64,000 nucleotides of DNA from Candidatus Omnitrophota bacterium (GTDB lineage: Bacteria > Omnitrophota > Gorgyraeia > Aquiviventales > Aquiviventaceae), in NCBI GenBank assembly GCA_030697665.1, contig JAUYPJ010000022.1:11-64010 (forward strand). Reading direction: 5' to 3'. Positions 17,281-26,160 of the stretch are shown here, piece by piece. A model generated the notes under the pieces. It worked only from the letters and a program-made list of their open reading frames with translations, did not search any database and was not told the origin of the DNA. The translations under genes and the position numbers were made by a program. Each line of letters opens with the position of its first letter. The first letter of the stretch is position 1.

Positions 17281-17921
17281 AATCCGATCAACCCGCGGAA
17301 CTGCTCAATCGTCTGGATGCGCAAAAACGGGTTGTGCTGCTTTTCGTCTCCCAGCGTCGAGGTCGGGGTCGGCGCGTAATTGTGCCCCGGATACAGGACG
17401 GTGGTGTCGTCGAGCGCTTTGAGCGTGTGCGTCAAGCTGTGGAAGAGCGCGGTGGGGTCGCCGCCGGGCAAATCGGAGCGGCCGCAGGCGCGGATGAAGA
17501 GCGTATCCCCCGAGAGCAGCCGCCCATCCACCAGCAGACACTGCGAGCCTGGGGTGTGGCCCGGCGTATGGATGAGCGTGATGGGGACCTGGCCCACGTG
17601 GATGACCTCGCCGCTGTCGATGGGCTTGAGGTTAGAGGGATCGACGTCGAGCGAGGCCGCCTCGTCCCGATGGACATAGACCGGCAGATCCGCCGCCTGC
17701 AAGAGTGTCCCCAGCCCCATGACGTGGTCGAAATGGGCGTGCGTGACGAACACGTGCGTCAGGCGGTAGCCGTCCTGCTGGGCGGTCTTGAGAATCGTCG
17801 GCACTTCCCAGCCGGGGTCCACCACGGCCGCCTCGCGCGTGACCGGATCACCCACCAGATAGATGAAATTCTGCATCGGCCCCAGCTCGAGCTGCTTCAG
17901 GTAGATCGATCGCCCCGCCAT
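17277..17921 (-). CDS. MBL-fold metallo-hydrolase (glyoxalase II-like)
   Basis: HxHxDH motif (THAHFDH) and downstream HTPGHTPGS. Confidence 0.85.
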   Translation of the reverse strand: MAGRSIYLKQLELGPMQNFIYLVGDPVTREAAVVDPGWEVPTILKTAQQDGYRLTHVFVTHAHFDHVMGLGTLLQAADLPVYVHRDEAASLDVDPSNLKPIDSGEVIHVGQVPITLIHTPGHTPGSQCLLVDGRLLSGDTLFIRACGRSDLPGGDPTALFHSLTHTLKALDDTTVLYPGHNYAPTPTSTLGDEKQHNPFLRIQTIEQFRGLIGL

Positions 17922-17987
17922 GACCCTGCCCTCCCTTCACCTCATGCCATCATAATATCCCACGCCTGTCAAGGCATGGGATTTTAT

Positions 17988-17996
17988 TGCTACAAT
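17988..17996 (+). promoter_or_regulatory. Extended -10 element (TGCTACAAT) 7 nt upstream of the rlmI ATG; possible leaderless mRNA
   Basis: TGnTACAAT ends at 17996 and the ATG is at 18003. There is no SD in between and no convincing -35. Confidence 0.35.
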
Positions 17997-18002
17997 AGCG
18001 CC

Positions 18003-19193
18003 ATGGCCTATCCGCAAGTGCGCGTTGCCCCCTCCGCCGCGAAGCGCATCCGCCATCATGACTGTTGGGTCTTCCGGGACGAGTTGCTGCCCCCCGCGCC
18101 CGCCGCGGGCAACGGCGAGCTCGTGGAGCTCATCGACCCCCACGGCACGGTGTTGGGCGCCGCCTTCTACAGCGTCCACTCGCACATCGCCGCGAGGGTG
18201 GTGACGACCCGCTCGGATCAGCCGATCGACCGGGGGTTCTTCGCCGAACGCCTCCAGGCCTCGCTGGCTCGCCGCCGCCTCCTGACCGGGACGAACGCCA
18301 GGCGGCTGGTCTTCAGCGAAGCGGACGGGCTGCCGGGATTGATCGTCGATCAATACGCAGACGTCCTCGTCCTGCAGTGCCGCACGGCCGGGATGGAGCG
18401 GTGGAAGTCCCTGATCGTGGATCTCCTCACGGAGGCCGTCCACCCGAAGGGCATCCTGGAGCGCAGCGATCAGGCGTTCCGCGACGAAGAAGGGCTACCT
18501 CCCATCACGCAGCGGCTCATGGGGACCGTGCCGGAGCGGATCCTGATCGAAGAGGACGGCCTGCGGTTCTGGGTGGATCCCTACCGGGGACACAAAACCG
18601 GCTTCTACCTGGATCAGCGCCAGACGCGGCGTTGGATCCGGGCGCGCATCCAGCCCGGCCAGCGGGTGGCGGATGTGTGCGCGTACACCGGGGCGTTCGG
18701 GATCGGGGCGGCGAGCCGCGGGGCCCACGTCCTGTGCATCGAGCGGGAGGAGCCGTGGATCGCCTTGGCCAAAGAGAACGCGGCGCTGAACGGCCTTGAG
18801 TCTCGGATGGAGTTCATTGCAGGCGATGCGGCGTACTGGCTGGAGGCGGCGGCGCAGGGTCGGCAGCGCATGGACTGGGTGCTCCTCGATCCGCCGAGCC
18901 TGGCGAAGGGCAAGGCCGAGGTGCCGAAAGGCCGGCAGGTCCTGCACCATCTCCTCCGGCACGCGTTCGGGGCCCTGGCCCCTGGCGGCATGCTCGCCGT
19001 GAGCGTGTGCACGTACCACCTGCTGGGCGTCGCGGAGGAGATCATCCGGATTGCCGCGGCCGACCACGCGATCCGCCTGCGGGTGCTCGGCCTGTCGCTT
19101 CAGGCCGACGATCACCCGTGGATCCTGCAGATGCCGATGACCCGCTACCTCATGAGTTGGCTGGTGCAGTGCGACGGACGACCAGCGGCTTGA
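18003..19193 (+). CDS. rlmI: Class I SAM-dependent 23S rRNA (cytosine-C5) methyltransferase, RlmI-like
   Basis: In-frame ATG at 18003; the long ORF 17334..19193 is antisense to the MBL gene upstream of this point. It has a PUA-like N-terminus and the SAM motif VADVCAYTGAFG. Confidence 0.85.
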   Translation: MAYPQVRVAPSAAKRIRHHDCWVFRDELLPPAPAAGNGELVELIDPHGTVLGAAFYSVHSHIAARVVTTRSDQPIDRGFFAERLQASLARRRLLTGTNARRLVFSEADGLPGLIVDQYADVLVLQCRTAGMERWKSLIVDLLTEAVHPKGILERSDQAFRDEEGLPPITQRLMGTVPERILIEEDGLRFWVDPYRGHKTGFYLDQRQTRRWIRARIQPGQRVADVCAYTGAFGIGAASRGAHVLCIEREEPWIALAKENAALNGLESRMEFIAGDAAYWLEAAAQGRQRMDWVLLDPPSLAKGKAEVPKGRQVLHHLLRHAFGALAPGGMLAVSVCTYHLLGVAEEIIRIAAADHAIRLRVLGLSLQADDHPWILQMPMTRYLMSWLVQCDGRPAA

Positions 19194-20169
19194 TCCACCA
19201 GCACAACCCGCTGAGCAGCAGCGTCACCACGTAGGAGCACAGGAGCCACAGCAGCGTCACCGTCAGCCCCACGGAGGGGTCGACGCCGTAGCGTGACAGC
19301 ATGACGATGACCGCCGCATCCTTGGAGCCAAACCCGACCACGGAGATCGGGATGAGGCGAGCGGCGATCCGGCTGAGCGCGAGGATCTTGGTCAGCAGGA
19401 GAAAGGGCAGCCCGATGCCGATGGACCGCAAGACCGCATCGAGCTGGAAGAACAACAGGCTGAAGGCAAACGCCGCCACCGCCAGGGGCATCACGAGCTT
19501 GAGGGAGCACAGGTGGCGCATGCCGGCCCAGAACTCCGCCATCTCGATCTGCCACGGCGAGAGCTTCTCCCATCGACGGGCCAATCGGCGCAGCGACACC
19601 ACCCACAACCCGATCCCGGCCGAGAGCACGGCGAGGATCGCGAGGCTCGTCCAGATGACTTTCTGCACCCCCTGAAGCCACGGGACCTCGGCCAGCAGCG
19701 GCAGGCCCCACACCCCGAAGCCGAAGATCGCCACCCAGAAGAGCAGCTTCTTCATGACCACGCTGGAGAGCGCGTAGCCGAAGGTGATGCCCGTCTCCGT
19801 CGTGACGTACCCCGCCGCAAGAAACTCCCCCACATGCCCCGGCGTCACCAGGCCGAGGTATTGGCTCGCGAGGTACGTGAGCAGCGTCTTGGGATAGGAG
19901 TAGCGGATCCGCTGCATCGTGAGCAGCCATCGCCAGACGATCGCCTCCAGCAGCAGCTGGCCCATCGTCAGCGCCATACAGAACCCCAGCCAGCGCACGT
20001 CGATGGAAAACAGGCGGACGTCCTGGGCCCGCGGCAGGCGCAGCAACAGGAGCACGAGAAAGGCGATCACCCCGAGGAACCGAAGCCACCAGACCAGGGA
20101 GCCTCTCACCGGCTTCCGATAGGGGGGGCTGGGAATCTCCGAACGCCGAGGCTGGCGTGGTGGGACCAT
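19150..20169 (-). CDS. Lysylphosphatidylglycerol-synthase-TM-region/flippase-like (UPF0104) membrane protein
   Basis: The first ATG is at 20169. It is a multi-TM protein, and YLASQYLGLVTPGHVGEFLAAGYV is typical of UPF0104. Confidence 0.7.
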   Translation of the reverse strand: MVPPRQPRRSEIPSPPYRKPVRGSLVWWLRFLGVIAFLVLLLLRLPRAQDVRLFSIDVRWLGFCMALTMGQLLLEAIVWRWLLTMQRIRYSYPKTLLTYLASQYLGLVTPGHVGEFLAAGYVTTETGITFGYALSSVVMKKLLFWVAIFGFGVWGLPLLAEVPWLQGVQKVIWTSLAILAVLSAGIGLWVVSLRRLARRWEKLSPWQIEMAEFWAGMRHLCSLKLVMPLAVAAFAFSLLFFQLDAVLRSIGIGLPFLLLTKILALSRIAARLIPISVVGFGSKDAAVIVMLSRYGVDPSVGLTVTLLWLLCSYVVTLLLSGLCWWIKPLVVRRTAPANS

Positions 20170-20208
20170 CGATGTCGCGGGTCGCTTGGCTCTCAACAAC
20201 CACGGCGA

Positions 20209-20254
20209 CCCCCCGCTGTTTTCTCAGCCTCCGGCCTCGAAAACAAGCCGCGGG
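20209..20254. repeat. Hairpin repeat family 2, copy A
   Basis: CCCCCCGCTGTTTTCTCAGCCTCCGGCCTCGAAAACAAGCCGCGGG. It is the reverse complement of 58541..58587 apart from a few loop differences, and it is itself an imperfect palindrome. Confidence 0.75.
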
Positions 20255-20288
20255 ACCGCCGTGATGGTGTGGTTCGGCGCTTCCCCGG

Positions 20289-20843
20289 TTACTGCGTGGT
20301 GCTTGGCGCCGTGGCTGGTGCGGTGGTGTCCACCGGCTCTGACGCCGGGGTCTCAGCGGAAGGCGCCTGGCTCTCCGGAGCAGCCGCCGGTTCGCTTGTT
20401 GGCTGAGGGGACGATGTGGCGGCCGCGCCGGCATCGGCAGGAACCGGTGCCGTCGGCTGGGCCGCCGCTCCTGCTGGGGCGGTGGGGGTCGCTTCCATCG
20501 CAGCCGCAGCCAGCTTCACGCTGACCGCGTGGCGCTTGGCCGTGTTGACATCGAAGTTGTATTCGACTTCGACCGCAGCCCCTGCCGTGAGGCTCGCGGC
20601 CTCGACGGCCGCCTCGCCTTGGGTGATTGTCGTGCCCTGCTCGAGGTAGATCGGCGTCTCAAACCCATAGCGATCCTTGACCTTGAGGAGAGTGGCCGAC
20701 GGATCATTGGCGTCAAGCGACACGACCTCCCCTTTGATGAGGAGAGTCGGCAGCACCCTGCTGTCTTCAGCGCCGAGGGCGACTCCCTGGAATCCACCCC
20801 CCACGACCAGTCCCACCGCCAGGATCACGCTTCGAACCTTCAT
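20289..20843 (-). CDS. Secreted protein with an Ala/Pro/Thr-rich C-terminal tail
   Basis: The ATG at 20843 is preceded by GGAGGT. Signal peptide MKVRSVILAVGLVVGGGFQGVALG. No family recognised. Confidence 0.55.
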   Translation of the reverse strand: MKVRSVILAVGLVVGGGFQGVALGAEDSRVLPTLLIKGEVVSLDANDPSATLLKVKDRYGFETPIYLEQGTTITQGEAAVEAASLTAGAAVEVEYNFDVNTAKRHAVSVKLAAAAMEATPTAPAGAAAQPTAPVPADAGAAATSSPQPTSEPAAAPESQAPSAETPASEPVDTTAPATAPSTTQ

Positions 20844-20897
20844 CCGACTCACCTCCTTATCCTTGCTCTCCACGATGGACGTTCAGTATAGCAACTT

Positions 20898-22136
20898 TCA
20901 CCCCCTTGTCAACCGCCTGAAGTGGCGCGAACCGACCTGGAGGACCCCCGCTGACTGAGCCGCGGGGAGCGAGGGCTGTGTGAGGGGCTTGCCGTTGAGC
21001 TTCACCCCGCCCTGACGGAGCAGCCGGCGGGCCTCGTTGTTCGTTTTTGCCAGACCCTGGCTCACCAACAGCTCGATGATATTGACCGTCTCATCAGCCT
21101 CCGGCGCGAGAAGGACCGTCGGCATCTCGCTAGGGGTTTCCCGGCGGGAAAAGACCTTGAAAAACTCCTCCCGGGCCGCGCGGGCCGCCTCCGGGCTGTG
21201 GTACATCGTCACCAGCTCGGTCGCCAGCTCCGCCTTGGCATCGCGCGGGTTGATCGCCCGGTCGCGCAACTGCCGCTCCAGCTCGGCAATCCGGGACGTC
21301 TCCCTCTCGGTGAGGAGTGTCGCGTATTTCACGATGAGCGGATCAGGGATCGACATCAGCTTGCCGAACATCTCGCCGGGCGGTTCGGTGATCCCGATGT
21401 GGTTGCCTAGCGACTTCGACATCTTCTGGACCCCGTCGGTCCCCTCCAGAAGCGGCATGGTGATCACCACCTGCGGCTCCTGCCCGTAGGCGCGCTGGAG
21501 GTCGCGTCCGAGGAGCAGGTTGAACTTCTGGTCGGTGCCGCCCAATTCCACGTCGGCCGTGAGCATCACGGAGTCGTAGCCCTGCATCAAGGGATAGAAC
21601 AGCTCCAGCATGCTGACTTCCTGGCCGGCCTTCAGGCGCTTCTGGAAGTCGTCGCGCTCGATGAGGCGCGCCACCGTATACTTCGAGGTCAGCTCGACGA
21701 GCTCCTTCAACCCGAAGGATCGCTCCTTCCCGAACCACTCGCTGTTGTGCCGGCGCTCAAGGGTGCCCGGCCTGTTCGTGTCGAGGATCGTCTTGACCTG
21801 CAGAACGTACGTCTCCGCATTCGCCTGGACCTCCTCCTCCGTCATCAGCTTGCGCATCTTCGACTGAGCGGAGGGATCGCCGACGAGCGCCGTGGCGTCC
21901 CCGATGAGGAAGATCACCTTGTGGCCGAGGTCCTGGAACTGGCGGAGCTTGCGCAGGAGGACGGTATGGCCCAGGTGGAGATCCGGCGCGGTGGGGTCAA
22001 ACCCGGCTTTGATCGTGAGCGGACGGCCGCGCCCCAGCTTCCGGGTGAGGTCGTCCTCCGTGATGATCTCGACGGCCCCGCGTCGAATCAGGGAGAGGGG
22101 TTCGGAGGGTGTGGAATCTGTCGTGCGGCGGGCCAC
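20898..22136 (-). CDS. tyrS: Tyrosine--tRNA ligase
   Basis: HIGH-type motif (PDLHLGH), KMSKS, and a C-terminal S4-like domain. Confidence 0.95.
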   Translation of the reverse strand: MARRTTDSTPSEPLSLIRRGAVEIITEDDLTRKLGRGRPLTIKAGFDPTAPDLHLGHTVLLRKLRQFQDLGHKVIFLIGDATALVGDPSAQSKMRKLMTEEEVQANAETYVLQVKTILDTNRPGTLERRHNSEWFGKERSFGLKELVELTSKYTVARLIERDDFQKRLKAGQEVSMLELFYPLMQGYDSVMLTADVELGGTDQKFNLLLGRDLQRAYGQEPQVVITMPLLEGTDGVQKMSKSLGNHIGITEPPGEMFGKLMSIPDPLIVKYATLLTERETSRIAELERQLRDRAINPRDAKAELATELVTMYHSPEAARAAREEFFKVFSRRETPSEMPTVLLAPEADETVNIIELLVSQGLAKTNNEARRLLRQGGVKLNGKPLTQPSLPAAQSAGVLQVGSRHFRRLTRG

Positions 22137-22141
22137 GTCGC

Positions 22142-23743
22142 TCAGGAAGCCGCTGGCGACGGCTCCGGAGGAAGGTTCTTGTTGCTCAGGCCGATCTTCC
22201 GCTCCAGCTCATCCAGCTTGATGACCTGGGCCCTCACCTTCGAGCCGACCCGGTAGCGGTCCTCGAGCCGCTCAGTGGCTCCCAGCTCAAGCTCCGAGAG
22301 GTGCATCAGCCCCTCGACGTCCTTGGCGATCTCCACGAAGAGGCCGAAGCCGGCCACCTTGGTGACGATCCCCTCCACCATGGCCCCGAGCGAGAACTGC
22401 TGAACGAGCTGCGACCAGGGATCGTCCATCAGCTGCTTCATCCCCAGCGTGATCCGATGGCTGGCCGGATCGCAGGTCAAGACGACGACGTCCACCATCC
22501 GGCCCTTCTTGAGCACTTCGGAGGGGTGGTTGATCTTGCGCGTCCACGAGATGTCCGCGTTATGCAGGAGGCCCTCCAGGCCGTCCTCCAGCTCGATGAA
22601 CACGCCGTAGTCGGTCAGCTGCCGCACCCGCCCGACGACCTTGGTCATGGGGAGATACTTCTCAGCCGCCGTCTGCCACGGATCGCCTGCGGCCTGCCGC
22701 ATCCCTAAGGAGAGCCGTTGGTTCTTCGCGTCCACCGCCAGCACGACCGCCTCGATCTCCTGGCTCACCTGGAGCAGCTCCGAGGGATGGTTGACGCGCT
22801 TGGACCACGACAGCTCGGAGATGTGCACGAGACCCTCGATGCCCGGCTCCACCTCGACGAACGCCCCGTAGGGCACGAGGTTGACCACCTTGCCCTTCAC
22901 GCGCTGGCCGGCCGGATACTTCTCCTCGGCGTGCTGCCAGGGGCTGGGCAACAGCTGCTTGAGCCCCAGCGACACCTTGTTCGTCTGTCGGTCCACCGAG
23001 AGGATGAGGACATCGAGCGGCTGGCCCACCTTGAGGATATCCGACGGATGGCCGATGCGCCCCCACGAGATGTCGCCGATGTGGAGGAGCCCATCGAGGC
23101 CCCCCAGGTCCACGAACGCCCCGAAGTCGGTGAGATTCTTGACCGTGCCGCTGCGCCGCTCCCCCACGGTCAACGACTCGATGAGCTTCTGACGCTGCTG
23201 GTCTTTCTCGCGCAGCAGGTAGTCGCGATGCGAGACCACGATGTTCTTGCGGGCCCGGCTGATCTTGAGGATAATGAACTTCAGCGTCTGGCCGACCAGG
23301 CTGTCCAGATTCGCGTAGCCCTTGAAGGAGGCGAGGGAGGCGGGCATGAAGGCTTCGATGCCGATGTCCACCATCAAGCCCCCCTTCACTTTCCGGGTGG
23401 GACGGCCCTCGATGGTGTCGCCCTCTTTGCACATGGTGACGATGCGGTCCCACCCCTTCTGGCGATCCGCCTTGTACTTCGAAAGGATCACCATGCCCTG
23501 CTCGTCCTCGACCTTCTCCACCAACACCTCCACCTCATCGCCGACCGCGAGGCTGTTGGGGTCGCTGAACTCGCTCCGGTTGATGGTGCCCTCGGACTTG
23601 AATCCGATGTCGACCACCACATCCTGGGGGCTCATCGCGATGATCCGGCCTTTCACCAGCTGGCCTTCTGTCACGACCCGCAGGCTCTTCTCGTAGAGGT
23701 CCGAGAGCGTGGACGGTGCCTCCGTGACGGCTGTCATCTCCAT
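22142..23743 (-). CDS. rpsA: 30S ribosomal protein S1
   Basis: Six S1 repeats. The start is ATG 23743, or alternatively 23737, which forms an ATGA overlap with the plsC stop. Confidence 0.95.
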   Translation of the reverse strand: MEMTAVTEAPSTLSDLYEKSLRVVTEGQLVKGRIIAMSPQDVVVDIGFKSEGTINRSEFSDPNSLAVGDEVEVLVEKVEDEQGMVILSKYKADRQKGWDRIVTMCKEGDTIEGRPTRKVKGGLMVDIGIEAFMPASLASFKGYANLDSLVGQTLKFIILKISRARKNIVVSHRDYLLREKDQQRQKLIESLTVGERRSGTVKNLTDFGAFVDLGGLDGLLHIGDISWGRIGHPSDILKVGQPLDVLILSVDRQTNKVSLGLKQLLPSPWQHAEEKYPAGQRVKGKVVNLVPYGAFVEVEPGIEGLVHISELSWSKRVNHPSELLQVSQEIEAVVLAVDAKNQRLSLGMRQAAGDPWQTAAEKYLPMTKVVGRVRQLTDYGVFIELEDGLEGLLHNADISWTRKINHPSEVLKKGRMVDVVVLTCDPASHRITLGMKQLMDDPWSQLVQQFSLGAMVEGIVTKVAGFGLFVEIAKDVEGLMHLSELELGATERLEDRYRVGSKVRAQVIKLDELERKIGLSNKNLPPEPSPAAS

Positions 23744-24420
23744 GTGCGTTGTTGGGAAGGGCGCGTTCCCTGCTCGGCAAGTAAGCGGTGCCACTCGCGT
23801 GTCACCGCCTCGGCAAGCCGCTGGTGTTCCAGACGGCGCCGGTGATCCCCCTCCGTTCCCCTGCTTTCTTCTGGGAGGGCGGACGAATGTCCAGTATACG
23901 AAATGGGGTGTCCGAATGCAACCCGAATTTTGGCCCGCCGGAGGCGCCTCGTCCTGGGTGAAAGCGCCTCAAACGTCCCCTGGACCAGCACCGGGATGAT
24001 AGGGACTTGGGCCGCTACCGCCAGGAGGCCGACCCCGCGCCGGGCGGCGCCAAGCCGGCCGGAGAGCTGCCGGCCACCCTCAGGAAAGATCGCCACCGCC
24101 TCCCCCCGATGGAGCCGAGAGACCGCCCCTCGAATAGCTCCCACATCCTGCTCGCCCCGCTCAAGCGGCATGACGCGCAGCATCCGCAGCAGGACCCCAA
24201 GGACAGGCTGCCGAAAGAGGCTGGCCCGCGCCATGAATCTGAGCCGGCGCGGACAGGCCACCCCCACGACCGGCGGGTCGAGATAGCTGACGTGGTTGGA
24301 GGCAAAAATCGCCCCGCCCCGCCTGGGAATCCGCTCGTGACCGCTCACCTCCAACCCAAAGCCCACACGGAACACCACCCAGAGGATGAGCTTGGCTAGA
24401 TCGTAGAACCAATACTTCAT
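23734..24420 (-). CDS. plsC: 1-acyl-sn-glycerol-3-phosphate acyltransferase
   Basis: HX4D motif (NHVSYLDP) and the FPEGGR motif. Confidence 0.85.
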   Translation of the reverse strand: MKYWFYDLAKLILWVVFRVGFGLEVSGHERIPRRGGAIFASNHVSYLDPPVVGVACPRRLRFMARASLFRQPVLGVLLRMLRVMPLERGEQDVGAIRGAVSRLHRGEAVAIFPEGGRQLSGRLGAARRGVGLLAVAAQVPIIPVLVQGTFEALSPRTRRLRRAKIRVAFGHPISYTGHSSALPEESRGTEGDHRRRLEHQRLAEAVTREWHRLLAEQGTRPSQQRTWR

Positions 24421-24431
24421 CTATGGGTTAA

Positions 24432-24520
24432 CCGTCCACCGTCGGCCGTCCACAGCTAACTCGTATTGGGCGAGTTCTGGTTACCGTTACCGTAGACAAT
24501 GGACTGTGGACCGTGGACGG
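24432..24520. repeat. Short-unit tandem inverted repeat (7-nt units CCGTCCA / TGGACGG)
   Basis: Left arm CCGTCCACCGTCGGCCGTCCACAG (24432..24455). Right arm GGACTGTGGACCGTGGACGG (24501..24520). TTACCG TTACCG lies in between. The element spans the cmk stop and the plsC start. Confidence 0.8.
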
Positions 24521-25329
24521 CTATTGATGTGCCTGAGCATGACCCCAACCACCTGGGAGGCGGTCAGATGCGAGGTATCGATCACGATGGCACCCGGCGG
24601 TGTGATCAGGGGACCGATGCGGCGGCTGCGGTCGAGGCCGTCCCGGAAGTGAAGCTGCTCCCGGACCTGGACCAAGGGGGGGCACGTGCCGTAGAGCGCC
24701 TTCAGCTCCCGCTGCCGGCGCCTGGCGCGAATCGCCGGCGTGGCATCCAGGAAAAACTTGCAGGCGGCATCCGGAAAGACCACGGAGCCGGTGTCTCTGC
24801 CCTCAACGACCATCCCATGGCGATTCGCGAGCGCCCGCTGACGCTCCACCATGGCCTCACGGACTTCCGGGTGCTGCGAGAGTTGCGCCGCGGCCTCGGA
24901 GATCTCTTCCGTGCGAATCTGCCGCGTGATGTCGAGCCCGCCGAGGCTGACGCGCGGCGAGCCCGCGGGGGCGCAGCGCAGGCGCAGCGGCAACCGGCGC
25001 GCCAGCGCCGCCAGCCGCTGGACGTCCGTCACCGGGTTGAGCCGCTCCCGATGGTCCCACCCCCTAGCGCTGCCCGAAGGGCCTGCGCCTGCGGCGCAGA
25101 TTCGCCTCCGGCGGATGCGCCAGGGGGTGGGATGGAGAGCCGCATAGGCGAGGGCGCGGTAGGTCGCCCCGGTGTCGAGGTAGGCGATCCCAAGACGCCG
25201 GGCCAGCCGTTGCGCCGCCGTGCTCTTGCCGACGCCGGCCGGGCCGTCGATGGTGATCACCAGTGACTGGGTGACTGGGTGACTGGGTGACTGGGTCGAA
25301 GAACGTGAGCGCTCAGTCGGGGAGGGCAT
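24487..25329 (-). CDS. cmk: Cytidylate kinase carrying a 26-aa in-frame insertion
   Basis: P-loop DGPAGVGKST. An alternative GTG start at 25260 (VITIDGPAG) would leave the 8-mer repeat outside the CDS. The insertion HPTPWRIRRRRICAAGAGPSGSARGW is encoded by a palindromic element. Confidence 0.9.
   Translation of the reverse strand: MPSPTERSRSSTQSPSHPVTQSLVITIDGPAGVGKSTAAQRLARRLGIAYLDTGATYRALAYAALHPTPWRIRRRRICAAGAGPSGSARGWDHRERLNPVTDVQRLAALARRLPLRLRCAPAGSPRVSLGGLDITRQIRTEEISEAAAQLSQHPEVREAMVERQRALANRHGMVVEGRDTGSVVFPDAACKFFLDATPAIRARRRQRELKALYGTCPPLVQVREQLHFRDGLDRSRRIGPLITPPGAIVIDTSHLTASQVVGVMLRHINSRPRSTVHCLR
25055..25132. repeat. CCCACC-terminated palindromic element, copy inside the cmk coding sequence (78 bp, in frame)
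   Basis: Termini are TCCCACCCCCTAGCGC and GCGCCAGGGGGTGGGA, complementary at 15 of 16 positions. There is an internal stem CTGCGCC-TGC-GGCGCAG. 78 nt equals 26 codons. Confidence 0.7.
25263..25296. repeat. Tandem 8-mer array GTGACTGG x4 (single arm)
   Basis: Read directly from the sequence. It lies between the tyrA stop (25313) and the cmk P-loop region. Confidence 0.85.
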
Positions 25330-26152
25330 GGCGGATGGCTTGCGCGCGGCGCAGGAACCTGCCTAATGCGGCCCGATCCCCATGCACGAGCTGGTCGCGC
25401 AGCAGGCGCCATCGTCGGTCAAACTGCTCACCGGCCGTGACGAGCGCCGAGGAATTGCTGAAGAAAATCTCGCTCCACAGCGCGGGGTCACTGCGCGCCA
25501 CGCGCGTCGCTTCGAGGAAACTCCTGGGCGCGATCGCCACAGCGCGAGGCGGTGTCGCCCCCACCAGGCAAAACGCCAAGAGGTGGGGCAGATGGCTGAC
25601 CGACGCCACGAGCCGATCATGGCGTTGAGGGTCCATGACCACGACCCGCCGCACCAGCGGCGCCCAGAGCCGGCGGACCACGCGCAGGGCCCGACGATCG
25701 GTCCGCGCCGTCGCCGTCAGGAGGCACAGCGATGCCTCAAACAGCTCCGCGCGGGAGGCGCGGATGCCGGACTGCTCGGAGCCGGCGAGGGGGTGGCCTC
25801 CAATGAACGACACCTGTGACGGCATCGATCGCTCCAGCGCCCGCACGATGCCTCCTTTGGTGCTGGCAACGTCGGTGAGGATGCTCCGCGCGGGCATGAA
25901 CGGCGCCAGGCGCTGCGCGATCGGGACGACCGCCTCCACCGGCGTGGCGATCACCACGACGTCCGCCGCGCCAACCGCCTGTCGGGGGTTGGTCGTGCCC
26001 TCATCGATGGCGCCCCGCCGCGCGGCCTCCCGCAGCGTCGAGGCCTTCCGGCTCAGCCCGATCACGCGGCGGGCCAGGTGATGGCGCCTGATCGCCATCC
26101 CCAGCGACCCGCCGATGAGCCCGAGTCCCACGATGGTGACTTGTTGAAACAT
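25313..26152 (-). CDS. tyrA: Prephenate/arogenate dehydrogenase
   Basis: The ATG at 26152 gives MFQQVTIVGLGLIGGSLG (Rossmann GxGxxG). The ORF track over-extends to 26473 through the upstream gene. Confidence 0.9.
   Translation of the reverse strand: MFQQVTIVGLGLIGGSLGMAIRRHHLARRVIGLSRKASTLREAARRGAIDEGTTNPRQAVGAADVVVIATPVEAVVPIAQRLAPFMPARSILTDVASTKGGIVRALERSMPSQVSFIGGHPLAGSEQSGIRASRAELFEASLCLLTATARTDRRALRVVRRLWAPLVRRVVVMDPQRHDRLVASVSHLPHLLAFCLVGATPPRAVAIAPRSFLEATRVARSDPALWSEIFFSNSSALVTAGEQFDRRWRLLRDQLVHGDRAALGRFLRRAQAIRHALPD
26089..26122. repeat. 34-bp perfect direct repeat, copy A (inside the functional tyrA 5' end)
   Basis: TGATCGCCATCCCCAGCGACCCGCCGATGAGCCC is identical to 27633..27666. 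Confidence 0.85.
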
Positions 26153-26160
26153 GGCGGACC

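Noticed and set aside
19145-20434. 429-aa minus-strand ORF overlapping the UPF0104 membrane protein gene in another frame.
   Set aside because: It has an Arg/Pro/Gly-rich composition. The 19150..20169 frame gives a coherent multi-TM protein with family motifs.
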